This document shows, one piece after another, positions 51,965 through 64,000 of a stretch of 64,000 nucleotides of DNA. Numbering within the stretch: the first letter of the stretch is position 1; every line of letters begins with the position of its first letter. Source of the stretch: Balanoglossus misakiensis (Eukaryota > Animalia > Hemichordata); contig CM082587.2 of the NCBI GenBank assembly GCA_040954595.2, positions 10,297,403-10,361,402 of the forward strand, read 5' to 3'. The position numbers and the translations under genes were made by a program. The notes beneath the pieces are model-generated. The model was not told the origin of the DNA. It did no database searches and saw nothing but the letters and a program-made list of their open reading frames with translations.

Positions 51965-53589
51965 TAGTCATTGTGATATTGTTGGTCAATGACTTCAGAA
52001 TCACGTGCTTAGTCACTGTGCTATTGGTCAATGACTTCAGGATCACGTGTTCGACAAGAAGAGCTTATGTCCTAAGGGGATTACGGGAGTTACCTTGAGA
52101 TAAGTAATTACTACACAAAATGTATGTATGAATGACCACCACGGGCGACCTTCCTCTGCTTTTCTGCTGTGATGTGATCTTTTCCGACTCTATATATCGG
52201 AGTCGTTGGGCTATCTTGGTGGGTATACCCTTCCAATATCGAAAATACTGAAATCGCGTGTCTTTATTTAAGCACGCAAAGGTTAATAGGAAGATAAAAA
52301 AAAAAGAAAAACACAGGTAAGGACAGGAAGAAAAAATAAATTGTTCATTGGAATCGCCGCTTCTACTTTGGCTGATTTGGAAAAAAAAAATTGGATCTAG
52401 GCAAATATTATACTTCTGCGTTCCAAATTCTTAGTACTGGCGCTGGTGGCCAGAATATGTTGTGCAAATTAACACCAACTGTAAATGTAATGGCCTATGT
52501 TATTGTTGGGAAATATAGTATTGAATTCAGTTACAAGTACATGTATCAGTGTTTTTGTCTGAGATATTTCCGGTAAAAAGGGAAACAATTATCTCGCCCT
52601 GTCTGCATCTATGCAAATATGCCAGAGAACCGCATTTACCTTCAGCCTAAAAAAATATTCGCTCGCCGCTCCTGGAACTTGGTCCAAAAATCCGATGAAC
52701 AAGATTTTTATTCTCTCTGGCCTAATGCATGAAAATTATGAACAAACTTTTTGTACCAACAGATGCCCCCGAAATATGTAGTTTTCTTCGATTTTCAGGT
52801 AGAAAAACTACATCGCTGATGTAGATAAAATCATTGCAAGGCGATAGTGCAAAGATGGCAAAGCCAAAAATACTTGAAATTAATGGGTGATTTTCGTGTG
52901 TGGCGGAAACAGACTTCCGTTGTTCTTTTCAACGAAAAAAAGAAATGTTCCATTTAAAACTATGGTTGACTTTAGTAGCAGTACAGTTTCTATACATACT
53001 AAATGTTGAACTTTTCGTATTTTTAACCCGCACAGGTTTCATATGCCAACACTGTGATAGTTGTATTAACTGACAGTTCACCCGGGGCGGTGTATACGCC
53101 GTCACGATGAAACGTCACAATATCGATGCCTCACCATGTCTATTAAAGTCTCCTCTCGCCACCGTAATCGCTTAAATGACGCTACTTAGACAGCCGGTGC
53201 ATTTTCCCCCACAGGAAAATGAACCCTAATTTGCATGAATATCTGCGTATACAGGAAACTCGAAGGTATATTCAAGTCTCGAGAATTCCCTCCAGGAACA
53301 CCACGATGATCCACCAGCAGCCAGTTCAAAGCAGTCGCGCTTTGAAACCGGCCACACCCTCCATTTAAAATGAAGAAAGCCGTTGAGATTTTCGGAAATT
53401 CAAGGCTGGGAGAAGAACTGTCCCATTTGGTTGATTACTCTCACAAATGGTGATTACATCTCTTCCAGAGATGGACCAGTACCCTCGGGTCTGAATCGTG
53501 TGCACCTTCGAAACAAATTATTTTTTATCTCTCAGCCCTAAGCCGTTTCAATGCGCGCTCTCGGTAAATTTTACTTCACGTGATTATTA

Positions 53590-53878
53590 GGACCTGGTCA
53601 GAATTAACAGGGGGGGGGCTGGTGCGATTGGGGGGAGGGTCACCATTTTTCATGCAACAGTTTGGGGGAGGGCCGCTGCATTTTGGGCATGAGTCAGGGG
53701 GAGGATCACTAATTTTTGTGCAAGGATGACACCGAAAATGTTTTGAGAACCCTTCATAATTCATTTTTTTTCCACCCACCCCCTTCATTCATCAACACCT
53801 TTCAATCATTTACTGGTTTATCTAACGTCCCAGGTCAGGGGACTTGCCCCCCCCCCCCTGTTAGTTCTGACCAGGCCC
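53590..53878. mobile_element. PIF/Harbinger-like MITE, 289 bp
   Basis: TIR GG(A/G)CCTGGTCAGAA(T/C)TAACAGGGGGGG at both ends; TTA on both flanks (53587-53589, 53879-53881). Confidence 0.8.
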
Positions 53879-55374
53879 TTAAACACGTCAGCGGAGAAAA
53901 TCACTTTTGCTCTTCATCACTCGTCTGTATTAACCTCCAAATACATCCCGGCTCTAATTTGTTGTACACGTGCACACTCACTGACTTAACTTTACTGCGT
54001 CGAAACCGGCGAGTCTGGTTTCTGTAGAAACAGGGCACCTAGCTTATTGGCATTAACATGCAGTACTAGATGATCTTCGTATGCAAACTCGCCACTACTC
54101 CATGTTCCAGGACAAGTTATCCAAACGCTACCGATGTACACATGCACACACTGGTGATTTCATGAAGATGGCATGTTGCTTCATTTGATGATTATTGTGA
54201 TTGTATTACTGACCATAAACATTCAATAAATGTAAACTTTCATATATCTATAACATTAAGTTTTGAGAATGCTGAGACAAAACATTGAGACAACACATTG
54301 AAAATGGTGTCGACTATAGAGTTGGAGGTATCCCTGTAATGCATGTAGGATTAAAGGGACAAAGTCTCTCTCTCGCTGCCCTTTTTTCATTAATTATATT
54401 TGATACAAGTCACCGTTTATGCTAACGCACATGTGGATATACATGTAAAGTGAATTAATGTTCAACAACACACAACTTCCAACCGACTTGTAGAATCGAG
54501 AATGAAAAAATCGCCAAAATGAATAACCGGCAGAAGTGACATTTTACCTGTTGATTTTCCGTCAACAAAAGTTTTACGCATGCGCTGTACGAATTGATGT
54601 AACTATAAAGTTGGTGACAACGATTTCTATTGGCTAGCCGATGGTTGGTGACAGTGATTTCTATTGGTTCGATATCTTAGGAAGCGCATACGTAAAACAC
54701 AATCTTGGAGACCAATCATTTTAATCATATACCAACATATATATACATCGAATCTGTCACCAAAGCTTACGAATATTTTGAGGGAAGATTTTGTGGGAGC
54801 AATCAACAAGCCACTAACTCAGGTATATCAGGCAACTGACTGTCCGAGAGACTTGTTCTCAATTGTGGTAAGTATATGTTCAACACTGCATGCGGACTTT
54901 GCTTGGCACGCAAATGTATGCACACTAAAATGCATTTACGTACGTGTCAAATCAAAGCTGGAAAATTCGACGACGTTTCTCAGCATGGAATTGTCGCGCC
55001 CGGCGATGTGCACGGCGTCTCGTTATTTACCGCTGAAGTTGTGTTACAAAATACCAAATGTGACTGTAACTGTAAGAACTGAAACTGAACAGAGTCAAAC
55101 ATAATAGTAAAATGTTGAAGTTGGTGTTATGATATGTTTATGTTTGCACATAGTTTTGGCTACTTCCGTTGATATATTTTACGCCTCTTCTAATGTATAG
55201 CGTGGCCGATTACGGACACCGGGTTGTTTATTCGTTACGGGTGTGGTGTGATTTTGGACGGGGGTGTGATGTGGCTGACAAATTTTACTTCAGAAATCAT
55301 CAAATCAATTTTGTCTTATTTTTTTTTAAATCAATCTTTCTGGGTGTTATTCCAGATTTAATGACGTATTCATT

Positions 55375-56194
55375 ATGAAGGCAGTTTGGTGTTATTGCTG
55401 CTTGGTTTTAATCATCAACGGAGATCAGTTGATGGTATGGACGCGTGCAACTGGTACGGGCTATGAAACGACGTCCTCAAGATCCACTGTAATGACGACC
55501 AGCAGGAAACGGCAGGATTTTACGAGCAGCGCGCCTTTGACAAAACTCTCTCGACAGACCCCCAGCAAGACGAAGACCGTGCCAATATCTCCACGAAGCA
55601 CTACATCCCGGCCCAGCCTAACCTCAAATCTAGCGACGATCCATCCAACATTACAGTCGACAACGATTGAAGACTCCTCTTTCGACAACGTGAGACCTTT
55701 GGCAACAACCGCTCAACCAAAGTCTCAAGAAACGAACACCGTAACGACAACGTCGGGTCCCTTCTCACCGTCAACAGTAACAGGTTCCCGCCCGCCAGTG
55801 ACGTCACGCCGCACAGCCGCGCCAACTCCACCTCCTGTGTATTACAACATAGATGCACAGTCATTGCAGTGCCGTTATCCAAGCACGGGATTTCGTATGG
55901 ACTCGTGCCTCACGCCGAGCGGCCTTGTTTGCAACGGCATCGCCACCGTGAAGCTGAGAGACTATGAAAATACAATGTGTAGCTGTGAGCCTGAATGCTT
56001 AGTGCGGGAAGACTGTCACGATTACATAGACAGATGCTTTGGTGACAGCAGACAGGTGCCTGACCCGGATGAAATATGGCTGCCAGAATATTGTATGCCC
56101 GCTACTGGTGGGAGGCATGACGTCATGGCGACGCACACATGTCCCAGAGACTGGCCACACGAGAATGTCCGTCAGCGGTGTGAAACCGCCAGTG
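55375..56194 (+). CDS. GPCR exon 1: signal-like N-terminus, Thr/Ser/Pro-rich stalk, SMB-like CSCEPECLVREDC-HDY...C
   Basis: ATG at 55375; phase-1 donor G|GTAAGA at 56195. Confidence 0.8.
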
Positions 56195-56280
56195 GTAAGA
56201 CCAATCTTACTTGTGTCACTCTTTGTCAGTTTGACCTTTTCGGTCTACTTCGGAAAGCAGCCAGACGATCGCCATCCCTC

Positions 56281-56347
56281 TAGTCTAGTTTCTAGCCGTG
56301 TTTTGCCCGCTCAGCAAAGTGGAGAAATACGGCTGGATGCTAGACTA
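56281..56347. mobile_element. 67-bp hairpin MITE with TAG..CTA ends and 9-bp TSD (AcademH-like)
   Basis: Arms TAGTCTAGTTTCTAGCCGTGTTT / AAATACGGCTGGATGCTAGACTA (19/23 paired); CCATCCCTC on both flanks. Confidence 0.8.
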
Positions 56348-57773
56348 CCATCCCTCGTGTAGGATGCAAATCGTGAGGTTGCCCTCACCGCGCTGAAATA
56401 CTGACACCATGCATAAGTCAAAATTCGAAGGTACCTGTTGCGTTTGTCATTGCAAACAGGAACAGGAAAAATGTACAGATGAAGCCCGTTTATGATGACA
56501 TTGGATTTTTAAAGTTACACATATGCTGTCACGATTGAGTTTTAACGATCATAGATCTTGTTTATGATTAAGTAAGAAGTCATTCACTTGTATGGTTTTA
56601 GTCCAGTATTGACATAGGTACTTGACCCAGAGTAAACAAGATTGTGTAATTGATACATGTCAGAAGGAGATAGAGATATCACGCGCTAAGTTCATGTTTA
56701 AGAAATATTAAGATGACGTGTTCCTTTTATGACTTAATACTTGACTAACGTATTAATAAGGTGTGGTGAAATTTGGGATCACACGTTTATAACGGGAGAT
56801 CCGTGATGGGAGTCAACGAGCATGGATCGAGTCGTGTAATTCTTACGTGTGACCAGTAATAAACCAGAACTTTGTGTTACTCGGAAAACTTGTTGCAAGT
56901 CTCTGTCTACGAAAGGTTTACGATCTGCCGGGTACCTCTCTCGGACTTTATGAATATGTTGGGTGGAGAAGGAGATGGAGATAAGTTACGCCGTCAACCT
57001 TCGGACGTGGCTGATTCCCCGCAGAAGCGTCCGAAGGAGGTGAACGTCCGAAGGACGGCGGGCGGGCGTAATAACAACAATGCACTAATACCAAATTTAT
57101 GCATTTCTTTTTTCTGTGTGTTTCAATTTCTGCCATGATTAGCCATGTTATTGAACAAAATTAATTGTCTATATTTGAATCTGTGATGGAACTTCCTGAA
57201 TCTCCCCAATAAAATTATTTGAATAAGAACGGGAGAGCTTCAAAGATTGTCCGGATAAATTTTGCCTGGCGCCCCCGACTTCGGCAATACATCGCCCATA
57301 CTGTGGGGAGAAATAAGCCGAGGAACTATAGGTTGTTGCAAAATTGAAACACAAGGGTTTTGTAACACTAGTTTTTTTTTTTTTTTTTTTTTTTTGCGGG
57401 GGGGGGGGGGGTTCGACTCAGGGGCCTTGCCAACGACGTACGACCAAAATACAGAATTGTTTCTGGGCCGGCCTTTCTTTAAAAAATTGTGCTGCGACGC
57501 GAATTTTTATTTTAATTTTTCCCCGTCAAGGGTGGAAGGAGGGTCAGTTTTATAGTTTTATCAATATTGTCACATGTATACTGTTCATGCAGTCACTGAT
57601 CACGCGCTCCAACGACGGTGTCCAGTGATTTATATCTAGCTGAAGCAGTTCGAGTTTGTCGTGGTCGCCACCACAAAACAGGAAAAAAAACGGGTGACGC
57701 GCTGTTATTCAAGTGACGCGCGTGTGTTTAACGCAATAAACCTGCGGCCGTATCTTGAGAAATCATTCCCCAC

Positions 57774-57836
57774 AAAATCTCGTAATTACGAGATTCTCAT
57801 AATTACGTGATTAAAAACTCGTAATTACGAGATTTT
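57774..57836. repeat. Three tandem palindromic CTCGTAATTACGAG units, probably a transposon subterminal remnant
   Basis: Directly visible in the GPCR intron. Confidence 0.65.
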
Positions 57837-57896
57837 TATTTTTATTTTATTTTTTAGAAATTGGCCCAAATAAGCTTCTGTACGTTTTCATTACAG

Positions 57897-59506
57897 ATGC
57901 GTCCGTTTTTGATATTACTCCAGTGATTGACTCTGTCGGTGAAATGGTGTACCAAAATATCAACTGCGCTATTTGTAATGGTGTGAATGAATCGAGCCTG
58001 CACTTTTCGTCGTTAGAGTGGGAATGCCCGAGAGATATGCCAATGGAAATTTTGTCGACTAATATTTCCTCTATCGTCTCCTTCTTGATGTCATCAGAAC
58101 TTTGTTCAATGAGGCAGTTTATCGAGGGCGATCTCCGGCATGGTGTAACTGAATGTTTCAGGCCCATTGACACCTGCCCTGCTGATTTCCCCAACGACAC
58201 GATTGTTGAGCTGTGTCACCGTTATTCAGCAGTAGTTGGGGTATTCGTAGTATTAAGCGGGAGAGCTAGGGGATTTATGTATTACAAGAACATTCATTGT
58301 GCAATATGCAATGACGTTGCAATCAATCCTTCTTATGTAACATGCGGTTTACCGCCGCTTGAGTTGATAGTCTATCCCCGATTTCCCGCCTTTGATATAT
58401 TGTTTGACTTCAACGCACAGGGAGAACATCGACTGCATACTATGGATATCATTAGAATTCAAGAGCAATGGAGCTGCGAACATGGCCGAATCTTGGATAT
58501 GTTACAAGGAAAATGTATTTTGAGACACGTCTTTGATTACGACAATTTTGACATAACGAAATTGAAAATGAATCCTTTATCAGAACGGCCGGAGCTGAAT
58601 GACTTCTTTGTAGCGTCAGCTCACGGGAGACATCCCGCCATTTTGTTAACTTTCCGCGTTTCTTTGCCATCGGTGGAAGTGGACGGGTGCGATTTCATCA
58701 ACCTCGAAGAAACCGTGACGTCACTGATACGAAATCTGTCCGTTATTTACACACATAACATTTCCAACTCGCATTACCATTGTGACAGAGCGGAGGATTT
58801 TGGTGATTTACTTGTCACTTTGTCCGTTCTTGTTCGCGTGGAGTCCAATTTCACCGGTGATTTTCTCCCAGCAGCCTGTGCGGCAACCTGGTCTCAAGTC
58901 GGCTCAGAATTGCTGATGGCGGGCTTTGTCGTCAGGTCGGTCACTTTTGAAATGTTGAACCCCGTCTGTGGTAACAGAATCGAACAAGTCACATTTGAGA
59001 GTCACAAATTTGAGTACACCAACGTGACTGTAAATGAAAACCTAATGGCAAACGTAACATGGAATTACAGCTCCCAATTATTTGTGTCTAAAACAAGTCA
59101 TTACACGCATAAAAGTCCAGCCTCACCAGATATACAACTAATGGTCACAATGTGCAAATCTCCGAACAGAAACGTTGATGATTTTATAACGAGTTGTACA
59201 GGAGTGATTTTGAGATTTTCTGAAGGCACCTTCCGTGTAAGCGACGACGTTCTTTCAGTTGAATCATCGGTTTATCCATAGGGAAAGTTTGTTCTATCGA
59301 AAGACCGTTCCCAAGCCTTCGTGTGTCAGTCCAAGAAAAGAATGACTACGTTTTGGAACCAGAAGTCAAAAACAAAACTGAAACAGCTGTTAACTCTTGT
59401 TGGTTGTATTCTGTCCATAGTCTGTCTTTCGATCACTGCCATCACGATCTCTGTTTTCAAACAGATGAGAACTCGTCCAGGAAAGATTATACTAAATTTG
59501 GCCGTA
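57897..59506 (+). CDS. GPCR exon 2, 5' part: two Y-x-N-x2-CAICN Cys-rich repeats, in-frame TAG at 59279, then TM1 and start of TM2
   Basis: Acceptor TTTTCATTACAG|AT is phase-compatible with exon 1; ORFs 57923 and 59321 share a frame; LTLVGCILSIVCL..RTRPGKIILNLAV. Confidence 0.85.
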
Positions 59507-62045
59507 TAGTGGAGCGGCCAAACCCCAATTTTCATATCGATTGTGCATTTTGTGATAAAAGCACCAAACTTGGCTCAGATGTGTGTTACTGTGTACTAAG
59601 CAAATTTAGATAGCGAGCCACTTAATATCTGTTAACGGGTAGCCATGGCAACCATTTTTCAAAATGGCCGCCACTACATTAATCTTTCAAACAAAATAAC
59701 GACTAAAGAACACCAAGGTAATTTCAGATTATGATATTTGAAACCAGAAACTATAGAAAGGGTGATTTGCAAAGTATTGTGGTCACCGAAATAGTTATAA
59801 ATACAGAATAAAGGATAAAACACAGTTTAATGTCTACAGTGGAGCGGCATAACAGATCGATTGTGGATTTTGCGATAAAAGCACCAAACTTGGCTCAGAT
59901 GTGCGTTAATGTGTACTAAACAAATTCAGATAGCGAGCCACAATATCTGTTGATGAGTTTCCATGGCAACCATTTTTTTTATTTTTTCCAAATGGCCGCC
60001 AATACAGATAATCTGACCCACAAATTAACAATTATAAAACACCAAAATAAATTCACATTACAATATTTTAAACAAAAAACTGCTCAAAGAGTAATTTTCA
60101 AAATATTTATCATCACTAAACTAGTTATAGGGGTAAATACAGGATCGAGATTCAGTCACTGTATAACCATAGATATTTTATAATAGTGGCCTGGCATAAA
60201 CAACATTTTCATAACATTTGGGCATTTTGTGATAAAAGTTTAACAAGTAAAGCTCAGTTGATTCGTTATTTTCCCCATAAAAATATCTTTGATGAACAAA
60301 ATTCCAAATTTAGTCAACCCAGGGAAAAAACGGCATGTTGTTTCTCAACCTTATAAATTAATCTGACCAGTTTGAATCAGTGCAGAATCTAGCTTTTCTA
60401 TTTAACTTCATCAAATGATTCATGCAAATAAAGAATCACTTCCCCATAAAATGGTGGCAGAAAGCCAGTATCATGACAGTTGATTGGTTTGTTAAAGTTA
60501 CTATAGAAACTAACTATGTCTAGGTTGCATGTACATATAGAGATGTTAGGAATCAAAATCAAAATCTGTTTCAAACTTTTCATCCAATACTTGTCCTTCG
60601 GAAAGCGTTTTGATGAAGTCGCTTGAAGTGCTTTGTATTGCTCATGTTATCGATAATTTTAATCACACCTTGATGATAGTCAGTAGTTCTATTTTGACAT
60701 GTTATTTTGTGTATTTTTGAACCCCCAAAATCTAAGAATAAAATGATAAAGTAAAAATAGGCTTCAAAACACCAAAAATCTTCAGGATCACAGCTTTTCT
60801 GTAAAGAGTAAGATTTCGCTTACTTCATGCTATTAAATGAAAATCAAGTTTTCCGTAATATCTCTTGCAAAGTCAGATCTTTACACATTGAGATATTAGA
60901 ATGGTAGTACATTCCAAGTGACTTGTTGGGAGCATTGGGCCACCTAATCCCAGTAAATTGCAATAAGACCTGTTTTTCCATTTACCAATCTAAAGGCCAA
61001 CTGCTTGTACACATTTTTGACAATATTTATGGCATGATGAACACTATTCTCGACAAATAAAATAATGTTGTGTCCTCCGGTGTAATTCTTATGAGTTTGG
61101 AATCATAGACACCATTTATCTTTTGGTCAACTCTGTTAACAGTCACCAAACTTGCTGGAGTCGAACTGCTACATGATCTAAAGTATCAAGACATATGGTC
61201 GATTATTAACGTTTCAGCAATTCGACATAAGTTTCTTTAATTTCCTATGGCATTTTGACAAACATCAACGCCCCGAATTTTTTTTGTCAACGCTGCGGTC
61301 GCGATTGTGGTCGAAACAAAGCCGACATTTTCTCATGGTTCGTTACCCGGGGTCAATTTAGATTGCATTGCGTTTGAGGCCCTATGTGTATGTCTGTCGA
61401 CCAATAAACGCGACGACCGCGGACTCAGTTTGGATTAACGTCTATTTCGGGCAGTGGACTCTCCTATCAAGTTGATAAGGAAATTTTACCAGTCACGAGT
61501 AAGCCAAGCCCACATCCGTGTGCAATTCAAATATATCGGTGATCTGTTTATATGATTATCATTAGCTAAGGTGGTAAACTGTTGTGATTCATATGTGTAA
61601 TTTACGTACTGCAAGTTAAATATCGCAATTAGCCTAATGTTTGACCATAGTCAGTATATGGTTTGACTTCTAGAGGAGCACCTATTAATCCGAGAACAAA
61701 GGGATTAAAAGGTGTGCCTTTAAATTGTGTTTTGATAACTTACTTACCCCTTTAAGTAGTTTAGTAACCATAATATCTTTGCAAATCATTCTTTCCACAG
61801 TTCCTTGTATCAAATATAGTAATGTAAATTTATTTTGGTGTTTACAGATGTTATTTGGTGGGTGAAATTATCTGTATTGGTGGCCATTTTGAAAAATTGG
61901 TTGCCATGGAAACTCATCAACAGATATTTAGTGGCTCGCTATCTGAATTTGTTTAGTACACATTAACACACATCTGAGCCAAGTTTGGTGCTTTTATCAC
62001 AAAATGCACAATCGCTATGAAAACTAGGGTTTGGCCGCTCCACTA
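59507..62045. mobile_element. Non-autonomous Academ-like DNA transposon, 2539 bp, inserted in TM2
   Basis: TIR of at least ~170 bp starting TAGTGGAGCGGCCAAACCC; 3-bp GTA TSD; removal restores NLAV|ALLIAQLLF. Confidence 0.88.
60400..61130 (-). mobile_element. Decayed Tx1/L1-clade LINE ORF2 fragment (RT C-terminal/thumb region) inside the Academ-like element; ends approximate
   Basis: Minus-strand frames in the expected order: PEDTTLF (YADDT-like), IGKWKN, GIRWPNAPNKSLGMYY, LIA*SKRNLTLYRKAVILK, LPPFYGEVI; many stops and frameshifts. Confidence 0.7.
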
Positions 62046-62048
62046 GTA

Positions 62049-62178
62049 GCTCTTTTGATCGCGCAGCTTTTGTTTATCACGGTCTTGGACTGGACAACGT
62101 TTGCTTGGCTGTGCAAAACAGCTGCTATTGTATCGCACTACATTTGGCTGGCGGCATTCTGTTGGATGAGCGTCATGG
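62049..62178 (+). CDS. GPCR TM2-TM3 segment between the two insertions
   Basis: ALLIAQLLFI...WLCKTAAIVSHYIWLAAFCWMSVM. Confidence 0.85.
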
Positions 62179-62590
62179 TGTTGTGCCGAATTCGGCCCCA
62201 TGCCGAATACGTCCCCGCGCATGCCTTGACAAACAAACCGTGGCTTCTAAGGGATAAGATCGGCAGGTAAAGCAGCTGATTTCAGCCCCAGTGCCGATTA
62301 AGACCCCAACTAAAGTCATGTTAACTGTTGAAAGCTAAAAGTGATGGTTTCGGCCTAAATGGGTGAATATCTGCCCATGGCCCTGATTTGTTGGTGGAAT
62401 GAAATTAAATCCTTGCGGTAATGCAATGTCCAAGTTTATAGTGCAGTACAATGTACATTCATGCACAGCCTTACATGCACGTTGGATGGCAAATCTTTCA
62501 CACAAGAAAATGCAATATTTCAGACACATGTTACTGATGACCCGAGCATGCGCGGGACGTAATCGGCACGGGGCCGAATTCGGCACAACA
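62179..62590. mobile_element. Ginger-like MITE, 412 bp, inserted at the end of TM3
   Basis: ~45-bp TIR TGTTGTGCCGAATTCGGCCC...; TGT..ACA ends; 4-bp ATGG TSD; removal restores WMSVM|AFDI. Confidence 0.88.
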
Positions 62591-62594
62591 ATGG

Positions 62595-63145
62595 CATTTG
62601 ACATCGTGCACATGCGCACACAACTGACCCGCGCCGATTTGGGGAATGGCAACATATTTGTGTACTACTGTCTGTATGCCTGGTTGCTACCATTCGTTTT
62701 CGTTGGAGTCTGTGTAGTGATCGATCATACTGCTCCGTATGGTTTCCGAGTTGGTTACAGTGAGGGTCCTGTATGTTGGATCGGTCGGCTGACGCCTTTG
62801 ATTGTCAGGTTCCTCGGCCCTGTTGGCCTGATTGTTCTTTTCAATGTCGTTTGCTTAATATACACCGTGTTCTCCATGTTAGCATCGGAGAGAGAAATGA
62901 AAAGGCACCGACACACGTCGTACACGGCTCAACATGTAATCTTTTCTATCAAGATGTCTACCGTTATGGGGTTGACGTGGATTATTGGTTTTGTGGATGG
63001 CTTTTATCAGGCCGATGTTTTGGAGTACATTTTCATTGTTGCCAATACCTTGCAGGGTGTTTTCATTTTCGGGGCGTTTCTGCTACGCATGAAAACAGTC
63101 GGGCTGTACCGTGGCCTGTGTTGTAAGACCGAAGGTCATGTTTAA
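62595..63145 (+). CDS. GPCR TM4-TM7 and C-tail
   Basis: YAWLLP, CWI, FLGP..LFNVV, VMGLTWIIGF, NTLQGVFIF; TAA at 63143-63145. Confidence 0.88.
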
Positions 63146-64000
63146 GATCATGTTTAAGAATTGGAAGTTCAAAACATAAAGTGATACTGGGTCATTCTGA
63201 AACTTTGTAACAGAAAAATAACAAAATGTGAAGACAATCATTTTTGACCAAAGAAAGTCACGAAATATAGCAAACGTATCATTTCTTCTATCTCTCACTG
63301 TTGTGAGTTATCTACTTTTACCCAGAATGCAATTATTATCATGTGATTTGACCCCCTAGCATAAAGTGAAAACCTATTTATATTAGGCCTATTTAAGGCA
63401 GTCAGAATTGCAATGCCCACTCTTTTGCCTCTCATCAAACGATTGTAATTCGAGTATGGTGCATACTCGTGGCTAATATAAATCAAAGCGACCATTTCAT
63501 CGATTTTTGCGGTGTTTTGATGAACTGTGAGCAGTCATCACATGGCCTGCTCGTGAATTCTACCCTCTGTGTGTATGTCCACAAACAGGTAATACGTCCC
63601 CAAAGAAAAAATATGTTTTGAAGGGTATTGACCTGTCATCAATCAAAACGAAGCTTTGGGTGAGAAAAATGTTCTAAGTATTAAAAAGTACCACCTTTTG
63701 GGGAATGACAATTTACAACTGCTTGGATGGACCAACACAACAGGAAGGTGCTGTAGGCCTATTTATTTGACACTCTACAAAGTGTCGCCATTTATTTTCA
63801 GTGGTGGCTAACAGAAATTCATTAATCTATAGAATAAAGTTTACACAACCAGCCACAATTATATAACTGTAATGTATTTCTAAGTTGTAAAACATCTTAT
63901 TTGTTTAAAATACCTGACTTTTATCCAGAAGATGTATAAAATGTTGGGTCAGACTTTTAAAAAAATGACAAATAGTAGATACCCAAAGAAATGTTATGAA

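Larger units (their letters stand above)
55375..63145 (+). pseudogene. Family-B (adhesion/Methuselah-like) GPCR with mucin stalk, somatomedin-B-like and Cys-rich ectodomain; 7TM disabled
   Basis: Joining 55375-56194, 57897-59506, 62049-62178 and 62595-63145 gives 3111 nt in one frame (1036 codons + TAA), with an in-frame TAG at 59279-59281; seven TM segments with secretin-family motifs. Confidence 0.88.

Noticed and set aside
54351-54366. Kolobok-like end TTAA-AGGGACAAAGTC
   Set aside because: No matching opposite terminus found in the window.
52391-55378. Short ORFs between the microsatellites and the GPCR
   Set aside because: No recognisable domains; two overlap the Harbinger-like MITE.

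Overview
Animal genomic DNA. The 5S sequence and gene content suggest an invertebrate deuterostome, possibly a hemichordate (inference). Bases 1-49903 are a 5S rDNA array of 43 copies (38 full-length, 5 5'-truncated). Units are about 1310, 1160 or 1060 bp and form five alternating-orientation blocks (+/-/+/-/+), with palindromic junctions, a 5.1-kb duplication, higher-order repeats and one Kolobok-like MITE. The ORFs called inside the array are spurious. 285 bp past the array end is a 129-codon reading frame for an I-PpoI-like His-Cys-box (His-Me finger) endonuclease, probably slightly decayed; this is the most unusual item in the window. Microsatellites and MITEs follow. 55375-63145 is a two-exon family-B (adhesion/Methuselah-like) GPCR gene whose ectodomain frame is open. 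Its 7TM part is cut off by a nonsense codon and interrupted by an Academ-like element (carrying a decayed Tx1/L1 RT fragment) and a Ginger-like MITE.
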